Virus record (IMG/VR): IMGVR_UViG_3300014556_000001
Length of the DNA stretch: 46,977 nt
DNA from: a virus
Strand: one strand, 5' to 3'
This document shows, in pieces, positions 21,997 through 32,200 of this stretch (its first letter is position 1; every line of letters starts with the position of its first letter). The notes beneath the pieces are model-generated. The model worked only from the letters and a program-made list of their open reading frames with translations, was not told where the DNA came from and ran no database searches. Position numbers and translations under genes: made by a program.

Positions 21997-23394
21997 TTGA
22001 ACCGAGAAGAAATTGAGTATCTCCACAACTATCTACGTGGGAAGCAACCAATTTTAAATCGTGTCAAAGAGGTTAGGCCTGAGATTAATAATAAAATCGT
22101 TGAAAACCATGCATTGGAAATAAACAATTTCAAGGTCGGTTTTATCTTTGGCGAACCTGTTCAATACGTCAAGCGTGGAAATTGCGAGCTTGATAATACA
22201 GGAAGCGATGCTCCATCAGATAATGGTGTGGCGGCTCTCAACGAGTATATGCAAGAGGACGATAAAGCTGCCAAGGACAGAGAGCTTGCTGAGTGGATAA
22301 ATCAGTGTGGCGTGGGATATAGGCTGGTACTTCCCTCTGATGTGGACGAAGATGTTCCGTTTGAAACATATATACTTGACCCTAGAAACACGTTTGTTAT
22401 CTACAGTAATGACTATAAACGCAAGCCTGTTATTGGTGTGACATACTCCAGCTACAGATTTGCAAATGCAGATATAACAAGCTACAGGTCATTTGACATT
22501 TACACCAATGAATGGTATTGGCGTATCGACTTCAAAAACGGCGAAGGCGTTGTGGCTAGATCACAGCCGAACAACATTGGATATATTCCAATTATCGAGT
22601 ATGAAAATAATCCTGAACGTTTAGGCTCATTTGAGACAGTTATAACACTTTGCGATGCTATAAACAACATTGACAGTAATGACATTGACGGAATTGAGCA
22701 GATAATACAGGCGTTTACATGGTTTGACAACATAGATATCGATAAAAAACAGCTGCAAGAGCTCAAAGAGCTTGGCGCAATAAAAACCCGTTCGCAAGAA
22801 GGGCGTCAAGCGTCAATAAAAAATATCGAAACAAAGCTCGATATTTCACAGACTCAGGTAGCTAAAGATGACCTATATGATCGAATGTTGACGATTGCGA
22901 GTGTGCCTGATCGTAGAGCAAGTGCAGGTGGCAACACAGGTCAAGCACTGATAATCGGTGAAGGCTGGGTAATGGCTGAAAGTGCTGCCAAAGCTTTTGA
23001 ATTGATGTTTGTAAAGCCTGAAAAGCAGTTTTTAAGAGTTGTTCTGAAAATCTGCAAGAACACTCGAAACTGCAAGCAGGAAGTCAAAGATATTAAACTT
23101 CACGATATTGATGTGAAGTTTACAAGAAACAAGACTGACAACCTGCTCACTAAGACGCAAGGTCTGATGAATATGTTGCAGGCAGGCATTCACCCAAGAA
23201 TAGCCATTCTGCACTGTGGATTGTTTTCTGATCCTGAACAGGTTTATCAGGATAGCAAGCCATACTTAGAAGCAACAACACAGCAACAGCAAGACACGGG
23301 TAATTTTGCCGTAAATACCACTGTAGCTGATGAAATGCTCAAGGCCATAGGAGCTATGGACAACAACGGCGGTGATAACAGTGGCAACGCTTAA
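21997..23394 (+). CDS. Portal protein (SPP1 gp6-like). The true start is probably upstream at about 21898, but it has no canonical start codon.
   Basis: EIEYLHNYLRGKQPILNRVKEVRPEINNKIVENHA. The frame is open from 21892, and RBS GGAGGTG lies at 21884-90. Confidence 0.85.
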   Translation: MNREEIEYLHNYLRGKQPILNRVKEVRPEINNKIVENHALEINNFKVGFIFGEPVQYVKRGNCELDNTGSDAPSDNGVAALNEYMQEDDKAAKDRELAEWINQCGVGYRLVLPSDVDEDVPFETYILDPRNTFVIYSNDYKRKPVIGVTYSSYRFANADITSYRSFDIYTNEWYWRIDFKNGEGVVARSQPNNIGYIPIIEYENNPERLGSFETVITLCDAINNIDSNDIDGIEQIIQAFTWFDNIDIDKKQLQELKELGAIKTRSQEGRQASIKNIETKLDISQTQVAKDDLYDRMLTIASVPDRRASAGGNTGQALIIGEGWVMAESAAKAFELMFVKPEKQFLRVVLKICKNTRNCKQEVKDIKLHDIDVKFTRNKTDNLLTKTQGLMNMLQAGIHPRIAILHCGLFSDPEQVYQDSKPYLEATTQQQQDTGNFAVNTTVADEMLKAIGAMDNNGGDNSGNA

Positions 23395-24046
23395 ATTTGA
23401 TGAGCTTAACGTGTTGTGGTTTAACAAAATGGAGCTTCCAACCGCTGAAAAGCTGTTGCGAATAGAAATGGCGGCAGTGTTTGAACGAGAGCTCAATAAG
23501 ATATTTTCCTCACAGCGTGAGCGTACTGACAGCGACAAATATCTGCTATATGCAACAGTGTATGCAACGATAATGTCAAGCACATACATCGAGATTACGA
23601 ACAATTATTTTTTAAAGTATGTTCTGACCATAGCAAGCAATGTAAAGGGGCTATCAGAATATTCCCAAAAATGGATTGTTAAGCACTCGGAACAGTTTGC
23701 AAAGGAAATTCAGCAGACAACCCAAAGGCTAATTGAAAGTGGTGATTATGACAACGCATTTTCGGTAAGCCGAGCTAGGACTATATCACGCACAGAAATT
23801 AATGCTCTGTGTGAGTGCGCAGCCCTTGAGGGATATTATCAAAGCGGTTACACAAAGAAAATGTGGGTATCGTTTAAGGACAACAAGGTCCGAGATACAC
23901 ACAAAGTCGCAGACGGACAAGTCAGGAGCTTGTTTGAACCATTTGACATTGGCAGCAGCCAGCTGATGTTTCCACAAGATAGTTCGCTGGGAGCATCGGC
24001 AAAAGAAATCGTTAATTGCAGGTGTGTTATGCAACCTGTGAAATAA
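23372..24046 (+). CDS. Head morphogenesis protein (Mu F / SPP1 gp7-like)
   Basis: ARTISRTEINAL...FKDNKVRDTHKVADGQV...VNCRCV. It follows the portal gene. Confidence 0.75.
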   Translation: MITVATLKFDELNVLWFNKMELPTAEKLLRIEMAAVFERELNKIFSSQRERTDSDKYLLYATVYATIMSSTYIEITNNYFLKYVLTIASNVKGLSEYSQKWIVKHSEQFAKEIQQTTQRLIESGDYDNAFSVSRARTISRTEINALCECAALEGYYQSGYTKKMWVSFKDNKVRDTHKVADGQVRSLFEPFDIGSSQLMFPQDSSLGASAKEIVNCRCVMQPVK

Positions 24047-24129
24047 ATTGTAGCTGTGCGTTAAACAGCAAACGTCAAGCCGAGCAACCGGCGTTAATAA
24101 GCGTAGACGTAGAAAAGGAGTGTTTCTTT

Positions 24130-24699
24130 ATGACAAGAGAAGACGTAAAGGGTATTTTCCCAAACGCAACAGACGAGGAAATCACAGCATTTCTGAACAA
24201 ACACAATGGCGAAGTCACAGCGGCCAAGTCCAGCGGTGTAAAAGCTGACGAGCTTGCAGCGCTCAGAGATAAGGCAAAGAAGTATGATGACTATGAAGCT
24301 GAGAAGCTGACAACTGAGCAGAAATTGAAAAAACTCACTGATGAAGCTGAGGCGGCTAAGATCACCAACCTGAAAATGCTGAACAAGACTAAAGCTGTTG
24401 CGGAGTTCGTAAACTGTGGCCTTAAAGAGGACGATTACAAGGGATTTATCGACAGCATTGTTTCAGACAATGAAGAAACTACAGTTAATTCTGCAAAGTC
24501 CATTGCCGCAATGCTCACATCTCAAAAGAAAGCCGTTGAAGATAAGCTTAAAGAAGACGGCCTAAAGAACACTCCAAAGCCTCAGGGAGCAGGCGGAAAC
24601 GACGGACTTACATCTGCTGAAAAGATAGCCGAGAAATTGGCTACAGACAGAGCAACCATTGCTAAAACTGCGGCGGAAGGTCTAAAAAAATACATATAG
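24130..24699 (+). CDS. Scaffolding protein
   Basis: Charged, Ala/Lys/Glu-rich helical sequence upstream of the capsid gene. ATG 24130 follows AAAAGGAG. Confidence 0.65.
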   Translation: MTREDVKGIFPNATDEEITAFLNKHNGEVTAAKSSGVKADELAALRDKAKKYDDYEAEKLTTEQKLKKLTDEAEAAKITNLKMLNKTKAVAEFVNCGLKEDDYKGFIDSIVSDNEETTVNSAKSIAAMLTSQKKAVEDKLKEDGLKNTPKPQGAGGNDGLTSAEKIAEKLATDRATIAKTAAEGLKKYI

Positions 24700-24710
24700 G
24701 AGGTAATTAA

Positions 24711-25037
24711 ATGGCTAATATGATGAAGTCTACAGCCGTAATTGCAGATAAGACAATTCTTGCGAACGGCGAATTTTTAGCAAGACCATATACAATCAAG
24801 GCAAGCGCTATCACAGCTGATAGCAACGGAAAGAAAATCGTTAAAGGTGGAACTCCATTTCCTGCAAACGATTCAACCGCTATCGGTCTTCTGCTTGACA
24901 CAGTTGACGTAACCGACGGCGATAAGACAGTAGCACTTGTGTATGCAGGAACAGTTTCAACCGCTAAGCTGACAGCTAACGGCGTAACAGTACAGACAGC
25001 GGCTAAGACAGCACTGCCTAGAATCACATTTTTTTGA
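24711..25037 (+). CDS. Small head protein (decoration-like; call based on position)
   Basis: 108 aa between scaffold and capsid. RBS AGGAGG. Confidence 0.55.
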   Translation: MANMMKSTAVIADKTILANGEFLARPYTIKASAITADSNGKKIVKGGTPFPANDSTAIGLLLDTVDVTDGDKTVALVYAGTVSTAKLTANGVTVQTAAKTALPRITFF

Positions 25038-25056
25038 ATAAGGGAGGCAATACATA

Positions 25057-26424
25057 ATGCAGAATTTTTCAGATGTTTTCACAGCTAAGGCATTTGCTAT
25101 GTACTGGACAAAGTACCTTGAGCAGGCAAATACAGAAGGCTATCTGGGAACTTCCCTGTTCCCACCTGTAAAGAAAAAGGGTATCGATATAAAGTGGATT
25201 AAGGGTAGGTCAGGCCTGCCTGTAACACTCAGCCAGAGTACGTTTGATACTGTAGCACCCGTCAGAGATAGAATTGGCGTAACTGCAATTCAGACAGAAA
25301 TGCCATTCTTCCGTGACAGCTTTATCATCAAGGAAAGCGACAGGCAGGAGATCCTGAGAGCACAGGACAGCAATGATCCATATGTACAGCCTGTACTTGA
25401 TAACATCTACAGCGATGCCAAGAACCTTACCAATGGTGCAAATGTTGTTCCAGAGAGAATGATCATGCAGCTTCTCTCACCGGCTGATGGTTCTCCTAAG
25501 ATTGAGTTGTCAGACGGTGCAGAGGTAAGCTGTCTGTATGAGTATGACGTTGACGGCTCATTCAAGACAAACAATTTCAAGGCCCTCACAGGTACAGCTG
25601 CATGGACAGACCATAAGAATTCAAACCCTGTACAGGACATTCTTGATGCTCAGGAAGCTGTTTATAAGCTTACAGGAAACGTTCCTACAATCGCCCTGAT
25701 GTCGAAGAAGACACTCAGAGACATCAGAGAGAATGAGAACGTCAAGGCATATATCGTTGCCAAAGCTCAGGCAGCAGGTGGGGTTGTTCTCATAACAGAC
25801 AAGCTCGTAAAGGAGTACATCTCTGAGGAAACTGAGCTCACAGTTGTTGTAAACAACAAGTCATTTATTGACGAAAGTGGCACAGCAAAGAAATTTTATC
25901 CAGATGATATGGTAACACTTCTCCCCGCACAGCCACTCGGTTCAACAGTTTATGGCACAACACCTGAAGAGGCTGACCTCATGGCTGACGGCAAGGCAGA
26001 TGTCGCTATCGTAAATACAGGCGTTGCAATTACAACAATCAAGCAGCAAAACCCTGTTAATATAAGAGTGCTTGCAAGCGAAATCGTCCTGCCATCATTT
26101 GAGGGCATGGATAACGTTTATGTTATCAACACAAATGCCAAAATCGGTGAACTTACAGTAAATTCTGTCGCTGGCACAAGTGCATCAGGCAAGACAAAGG
26201 TAACAGTATCACCATCTCTGTCAGCAGGCAACTCCTACAAGTATAAGACAGCATCAAGTGTAACTGTTCCTGAGTTTGGTGCAGAATGCAAGTCAGGCTA
26301 CACTGCATGGGACGGAGTATCCGAGATCACCGCAACAACAGGCAATAAGATACTCATCGTTGAGGTAGATGCAAACAACAAGGCTGTAAAGGCTGGTTCA
26401 GCTACAGTAACGTCTAAGGCATAA
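25057..26424 (+). CDS. Major capsid protein with a C-terminal Ig-like extension
   Basis: Largest head-module ORF after the scaffold gene. RBS GGGAGG. The C-terminal roughly 90 aa are beta-rich and Ser/Thr/Ala/Val-rich. Confidence 0.8.
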   Translation: MQNFSDVFTAKAFAMYWTKYLEQANTEGYLGTSLFPPVKKKGIDIKWIKGRSGLPVTLSQSTFDTVAPVRDRIGVTAIQTEMPFFRDSFIIKESDRQEILRAQDSNDPYVQPVLDNIYSDAKNLTNGANVVPERMIMQLLSPADGSPKIELSDGAEVSCLYEYDVDGSFKTNNFKALTGTAAWTDHKNSNPVQDILDAQEAVYKLTGNVPTIALMSKKTLRDIRENENVKAYIVAKAQAAGGVVLITDKLVKEYISEETELTVVVNNKSFIDESGTAKKFYPDDMVTLLPAQPLGSTVYGTTPEEADLMADGKADVAIVNTGVAITTIKQQNPVNIRVLASEIVLPSFEGMDNVYVINTNAKIGELTVNSVAGTSASGKTKVTVSPSLSAGNSYKYKTASSVTVPEFGAECKSGYTAWDGVSEITATTGNKILIVEVDANNKAVKAGSATVTSKA

Positions 26425-26438
26425 AAGGAGAGTGCAAA

Positions 26439-26744
26439 ATGGATATGATTGAGCTGTTTAAGGCAAGCGTTCCTGAGGAAAATTCCGAGGAATTGATTAT
26501 GCAGTATTTAGACACTGCTCAATCAATTATCCTTGCACATCGCTTCCCTTTCGGCACAGACCGCACAGAGGTTGAGCCACAGTACAAAGGCTTACAGTTG
26601 AGAATTGCCATAGACCTATACAATAAGCGTGGAGCTGAGGGCGAAAAGGCACACTCTGAAAACGGAGTAAGCCGTACATATGAAAGCTCGTGGGTATCTC
26701 AACAATTGCTTGACGAAATCGTTCCGAAAGCTGAGGTATTGTGA
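26439..26744 (+). CDS. Head-tail connector (gp6-like; call based on position)
   Basis: ORF track. RBS AAGGAG. Synteny. Confidence 0.6.
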   Translation: MDMIELFKASVPEENSEELIMQYLDTAQSIILAHRFPFGTDRTEVEPQYKGLQLRIAIDLYNKRGAEGEKAHSENGVSRTYESSWVSQQLLDEIVPKAEVL

Positions 26745-27115
26745 TGAGAAACCTAATGCGAAACGTTACAAAAATTAGCTATAAGCTGTATTTAGGTGAG
26801 CAAGATTTACTTGATGATGACGGCTATAGGACAGGCGAGAAAAGCATAAGTTACTCAGATTTTAGCGAGTGCTATATGTCGATATCAGGCAATAAAAGCG
26901 ACAGCGAAATGTCACAGTTTGGTCGAAACCTGGACTATGATAGAACAATGTCAACCGCAGATATGAAGTGCGACATTGACGAGCACTCACTGCTGTGGAT
27001 AGATATTGACGTCAATGGTCCTCACAATTTCATTGTAAAAAAACGCTCTGTTACGCCAAATCAAATACAGTTTGCCATAAAACAGGTGAATGTCAATGAG
27101 GAAGATAGCGTTTAA
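26741..27115 (+). CDS. Head closure / adaptor protein (call based on position)
   Basis: GTGATGA overlap with the upstream gene. Synteny only. Confidence 0.5.
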   Translation: MMRNLMRNVTKISYKLYLGEQDLLDDDGYRTGEKSISYSDFSECYMSISGNKSDSEMSQFGRNLDYDRTMSTADMKCDIDEHSLLWIDIDVNGPHNFIVKKRSVTPNQIQFAIKQVNVNEEDSV

Positions 27116-27608
27116 TCTGTCAGAAGATAGCTTGACAAAAGCCGTTGAGCAAATGAAAGCATATAAAGCTGAGATACACAAAAAAGCTCAACTACTTGTG
27201 GAGCGTCTGACTGATTATGGACTAACGATATGCAGAGCAAAAGTCATTGAAATGGATATCCCTGATACAGGACATTTGCTCAGTCAGGTTGACGGCTACT
27301 ATAGCCCATTGCTTAATGCTGGTTTCATTTTTTGTGGCTGTGATTACGCGGTGTTCGTTGAATTTGGAACAGGTGTAAAAGGTGCGTCACAGCCGTACGC
27401 AGGACAAGCCATAAGCGAATGTGGCTATCAATATATGGGTGGAACACATTATATCACGACGCAAGACGGACGCATAGGCTGGTTTTATCCTGCTGATGAC
27501 GGAACGTGGAAGTTTACACAGGGTATGCCAAGCAGGCCATTTATGTACGAAACAGGGTTGGAAATGCGAAATACTCTTGACAACATTATTAAGGAGGTTT
27601 TTAAGTGA
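27090..27608 (+). CDS. HK97 gp10-like tail component
   Basis: Size and position. VFVEFGTG motif. Confidence 0.55.
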   Translation: MSMRKIAFNLSEDSLTKAVEQMKAYKAEIHKKAQLLVERLTDYGLTICRAKVIEMDIPDTGHLLSQVDGYYSPLLNAGFIFCGCDYAVFVEFGTGVKGASQPYAGQAISECGYQYMGGTHYITTQDGRIGWFYPADDGTWKFTQGMPSRPFMYETGLEMRNTLDNIIKEVFK

Positions 27609-28009
27609 TTGACATTGAAAACAAGGTGTTTGACACAGTGTCGAAAGCACTTGAAAAAGTCTTCAAGGGTATATCTGTCAGAAGCATAAACACAGATAAA
27701 CCCGCAACATTTCCGTATGTATCAATCGTAGAAACAAGTAACTCGGTTGATCCTGCGTACATAGACAGTGGCAGAATTGAGAACGCAAGCAATCTACTGT
27801 ACACAGTGAATGTTTATAGCAATCTCGCCAAAGGCAAGAAAACGCAAGCCAAAAAAATCAGAAACCTTGTGTCAGACGAGTTCGATAAAATCGGCATGAT
27901 GAGAACATTCTGCCAGCCTATTGAAAATCTATCTGACACATCAATATATCGTATCACAATGCGTTTCGAGTGCAAAGTTGATACGGACGAAATAATCTAT
28001 AGGAGGTAA
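27605..28009 (+). CDS. Tail completion / terminator protein (call based on position)
   Basis: GTG 27605 overlaps the upstream stop. Synteny. Confidence 0.5.
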   Translation: MIDIENKVFDTVSKALEKVFKGISVRSINTDKPATFPYVSIVETSNSVDPAYIDSGRIENASNLLYTVNVYSNLAKGKKTQAKKIRNLVSDEFDKIGMMRTFCQPIENLSDTSIYRITMRFECKVDTDEIIYRR

Positions 28010-28431
28010 TGAAATTGGAACACGCAACGATTGATACATATCTCGAATACAAAGAAGGCAGCATGAGCGGATTTGAGATACTGAGTGACATTACATCATA
28101 TCCAGATCTGTTTACCGCCCCTGAAAAGTTGGATATTTCTGACTTGTCAAGCAGACAGAAAAAATATGCTGAAGGTATGACAGATGTTCCTGACTATACA
28201 TTTGGAGCAAATTATGTCAAAGTTACCTATGACAAAGTCAAGAAACTTGAGGGCAAAACTGATATCGAGTTTAGGCTTCTTTTTGGCAAAACAGGCCAGT
28301 ATGGTGCTTGGGGCTGGACAGGCTCAATTTTTGCAAATGTTAAGGGCGGCGAAGTCGGTGGCAAGAGAGAAATGGAACTCACTTCTTATGTACAGTCAGA
28401 TGTAACACCTATAACAGTTTCAGATACATAA
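28009..28431 (+). CDS. Major tail (tube) protein
   Basis: RBS AGGAGG. 140 aa, immediately upstream of the chaperone pair and tape measure. Confidence 0.65.
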   Translation: MKLEHATIDTYLEYKEGSMSGFEILSDITSYPDLFTAPEKLDISDLSSRQKKYAEGMTDVPDYTFGANYVKVTYDKVKKLEGKTDIEFRLLFGKTGQYGAWGWTGSIFANVKGGEVGGKREMELTSYVQSDVTPITVSDT

Positions 28432-28450
28432 TTTTTAGGAGGATAAAACA

Positions 28451-28786
28451 ATGGCAAAGACAATCAATTTCAATTACGAAGGTCAGCATTACGTTCTTGA
28501 ATTTTCCAGAAGAACAGTAAGACAAATGGAAAATAACGGCTTCACTCTGAATGATCTCTCAGACAAGCCAATGAACACTCTGAACGAGCTTTTTGCAGGT
28601 GCTTTCAAGAAAAATCACCGCAACGTAAAGCCTGAACAGATTGACAAGATGCAGGCTCTTTTCGCTGATAAGGACAAGCTTATAGAGACTCTGTTCTCAA
28701 TGTACAGCGAAACTATCGAGACACTGACAACAAATGACCCTGCTGAGGATAGGGAAAATTTGATAACCTGGAGCGTTGGAGAGTAG
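28451..28786 (+). CDS. Tail assembly chaperone (gpG-like)
   Basis: RBS AGGAGGA. Precedes the tape measure. Slippery A_AAT_TTG at 28756-28762. Confidence 0.65.
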   Translation: MAKTINFNYEGQHYVLEFSRRTVRQMENNGFTLNDLSDKPMNTLNELFAGAFKKNHRNVKPEQIDKMQALFADKDKLIETLFSMYSETIETLTTNDPAEDRENLITWSVGE

Positions 28787-29169
28787 ACAACGTTCCAAAA
28801 GAGCAAACATATACTCAAACATTTCTAAAAGCTTTGCCATTGTATTTATCCATAGGCATGACTGCCAAAGAGTTTTGGGAAGGTGACTGTTGTTTGGCAG
28901 TTGCCTTTCGCAAAGCTGATGAGATGACACAAAAAGCAAAGAGAGAAAAGGACAATTTCAATGCATGGCTAACGGGACTATATGTTCAAGAAGCTATCAC
29001 AAGTTGTTTTTCAAAAGACGGCAAATATCCCGATAAACCGCATGACATTTTCAAAGCCGACAAGGATCCTGAAAAAACGTATGATGACATCATGCGAGAA
29101 AATGCGGAGAAATTCAGGAAATTTGCAGAATCATTTAATAAAGGAAGGGCGGCAAATAAGGGCAATTAA
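28753..29169 (+). CDS. -1 frame extension of the chaperone (gpT-like part of a G-T fusion)
   Basis: The -1 frame is open from 28753 and overlaps the last 34 nt of the G-like ORF. There is no RBS for an independent start (track ORF 28834-29169 uses TTG). Confidence 0.5.
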   Translation, partial: GKFDNLERWRVDNVPKEQTYTQTFLKALPLYLSIGMTAKEFWEGDCCLAVAFRKADEMTQKAKREKDNFNAWLTGLYVQEAITSCFSKDGKYPDKPHDIFKADKDPEKTYDDIMRENAEKFRKFAESFNKGRAANKGN

Positions 29170-29218
29170 ACAGACTTATTGCCACCCTTATTTTTTTTTA
29201 TATAGGAGGTGAAAAAGT

Positions 29219-32200
29219 ATGGGATTAGACATCGATAAGCTTAGTTTGAAAGTAGAAGCTTCGTCTGATAACGCTGAAAAAAAACTCGATAGGCTGATTG
29301 TTAGGCTCGAAACGCTAAAAAAGTCAGTGGGCAAACTTTCAGGGCTTGACAAGCTTTCCGAAAAGCTCAACAAAATAGCGGCAAGTGCCAATGCTATATC
29401 AGGTGTGGATAAGCTTGTAAAGCTTGTTGAAAGCGTTTCAAAGCTATCACAGATAAAGTCTCCGAATGTTACAAAGACCGTGAACAGCATCAAAAAACTC
29501 TCTGAGGCGTGCAATGCAGTAAGCGGCATGAGTAATGTGAGTGTGCTTAAAGAGAATATAACGGCTATTACAGAGGCGTGTAAGCCAATGCAGGAAATGG
29601 GTAAGAATAATCTTTCGCCATTCCTTAACAGCCTCAAAAAGATACCTGATATCACAAAGTCACTCGATACAGAGAAAATCAATGAGTTCGCAACGAGAAT
29701 ACGCCAGCTTACCACCGCTATAGAGCCGTTGACAATGCAGGTTTCAAAGGCGGAAAACGGACTTGTTGCACTAAATGGCATTATGAAGAGTTCAATTGCG
29801 AGAAATGGAAACCTTGCATCTGCAAATGCCGTAACTGTAAAATCCTATACCAGTTTGTCCTCAGTTTTTAAGGACGCAAGAATAAGAGCCGCCGCACTTT
29901 ACGTCACAGTCAATAGGGCTGCAGATGCACTCGCCGATTGCTTACAATCGTCAAACGAGTATGTCGAAAACATCAACCTATTTACAGTAGCTATGGGCGA
30001 TTATTCAGAAGAAGCATATAGGTATGCCGAAAAAGTAAATAGTCTGCTTGGTATTGATATTTCTGAGTGGATACGCTTTCAGGGCGTGTTCAAGCAGATA
30101 ACAACAGGCTTTGGAGTTGCGGCTGAAAAGTCAAACATAATGTCCAAAAACCTGACGCAGATAGGCTATGATATAGCATCATTCTTCAACATCTCCATAG
30201 AAGATGCTATGCAGAAAGTTGAATCTGGTATTTCTGGAGAACTTGAACCGTTGCGTAGATTGGGTTATGCCCTTGACGCCGCAACACTTCAGCAGATAGC
30301 CTATGATAATGGTATTCAGCAGAACATCAACACCATGACGCAGGCTCAGAAATCACAACTGAGATACGTCGCTATTCTTCAGCAATCTACAAATGTTATG
30401 GGCGACATGGCAAGAACCATCGTCACGCCTGCAAACTCTATGAGAATTTTGCAGCAACAGTTTGAACAGTTAAAGAGAGCCATAGGAAACATTGTGAGCG
30501 TGTTTGCTGTGAAGATGATACCATATGTGCAAGTGTTTGTAAGACTTCTCACAGACGCCGCTAATGCCATTGCAAAGTGGTTAGGCTTTGAGCTGCCAAC
30601 GATAGATTATTCTGAGGTTGGCAAAGGTCTAAGCAGTGTAACAGAGAACGCAGATGATGCAACAGAGTCTGTCAAGGAAACAAAGAAAGCGTTGCTTGCA
30701 CTTGCTAGCTTTGATGAGATAAATCAGCTCAATCTTGACAAGAACAACGGCAATGACAGCGGAGATACCACAGGCAACAAATATGATCTCGGCATTGATT
30801 TGCCTGAATATGACTTTCTTGCAGGACTTGACAAGCAGACGGACGCACTTTACAAAAAAGTCAAAGCTCAGCTGAAAGAGCTCTACAACTGGCTCAAAAA
30901 GCACAAGGATATGATTAAAGTCATTGCAGGACTACTGGCAACAGTATGGGCAGTAAATAAGCTTGCTAACCTGATTAATTGGGTGAAGAAGCTTAAAGGG
31001 GCGTTTGGAGCATTAAAAATTGTCAAAGATTGTACGAGTTGGCTATCAAAGCTTAAAGCGGTTGGAGTAGGAGCAATTTCAGGTATTGTCGGTGGTTTTG
31101 CAGGGTTTGATTTCTTCAAAAAGCTTGCGAAAGGCACGTTGGATTGGAACAGCGCACTTGTTGATACAGGCATAGCTGTTGGAGCTATTGCAGCGGCATT
31201 TGCAATCGGAGGGCCTATTGCAGGCGCAGTTGCTATAGTAGGAACGCTAACTGGTGCATTTATTGGTCTGTACAAAGGTGCAAGAGATGCCAAAATGGAA
31301 ATAGTCGGACTTTCTGACAATGGCGGTACTAAAATATCTGAAATTGCGGAAGCATTTGGAGCTCAGTGTGACAAAATCATTGAAGCCAAAAAAGCTGTTT
31401 CTGAATATAAAGAAACAATCACAAGCAATCAAGACAAAATAGATCAAGCTGTTGGCAATTTGAACGATTTTGGAGACAGGCTAAGTGGACTTAAAGGAAA
31501 GCTTACAGACGCCGATAAAGAAAATATAACATCTGGGTTTGAAACAATAGCCACCGCTATCAAGGACAATATTGGTGCAGAAACACAAGGCATTATCGAC
31601 AATTTTAAGTCTGCAATGGACGGATTACCTGATAATCTAAAAACAAACATACAAAGCAGTATCAGCGAGCTAAACGCTCTAAATTCTCAACTTTCAGGCA
31701 ATGTTGACAAGGCACAACAATCCATAAACGATTATTATAATACTATATGGAATGGTGGCACGCCAACAGACGAGCAAACCGAGAATTTCAACAAAGCGAC
31801 AAAATATTTTCTGTCAAAATCGGTTGAAACATCTGACGCATATAAGGAGTACAAGGAAAACTTATCAAAGATTGATTTATCCAAAATCGACTTTGAGGAT
31901 TTTGATACGTTCAAAAGTTCTATTCAAGACGTTCAGAACAATGCAAATTCAGCAATAACTGCAATAAGTAACGCAAAAAAAGACTCTCTTGATTATATCG
32001 AAAGCCTATACCAAGAGACGATAGAACAACATGATCTCGGTTGGGTATCTGATGCACAACTTGCACTTGCAAAAGAAACATTTGAAAATGCAAAAAAGAA
32101 CATCAACGATAGTGCAGATGAACAGACAAAATCAGTTAAGGACGGACTTGGAAAGATTTTAGGTCAGGCACAGTCGCAATTAAACACAGCTATTGATGAT

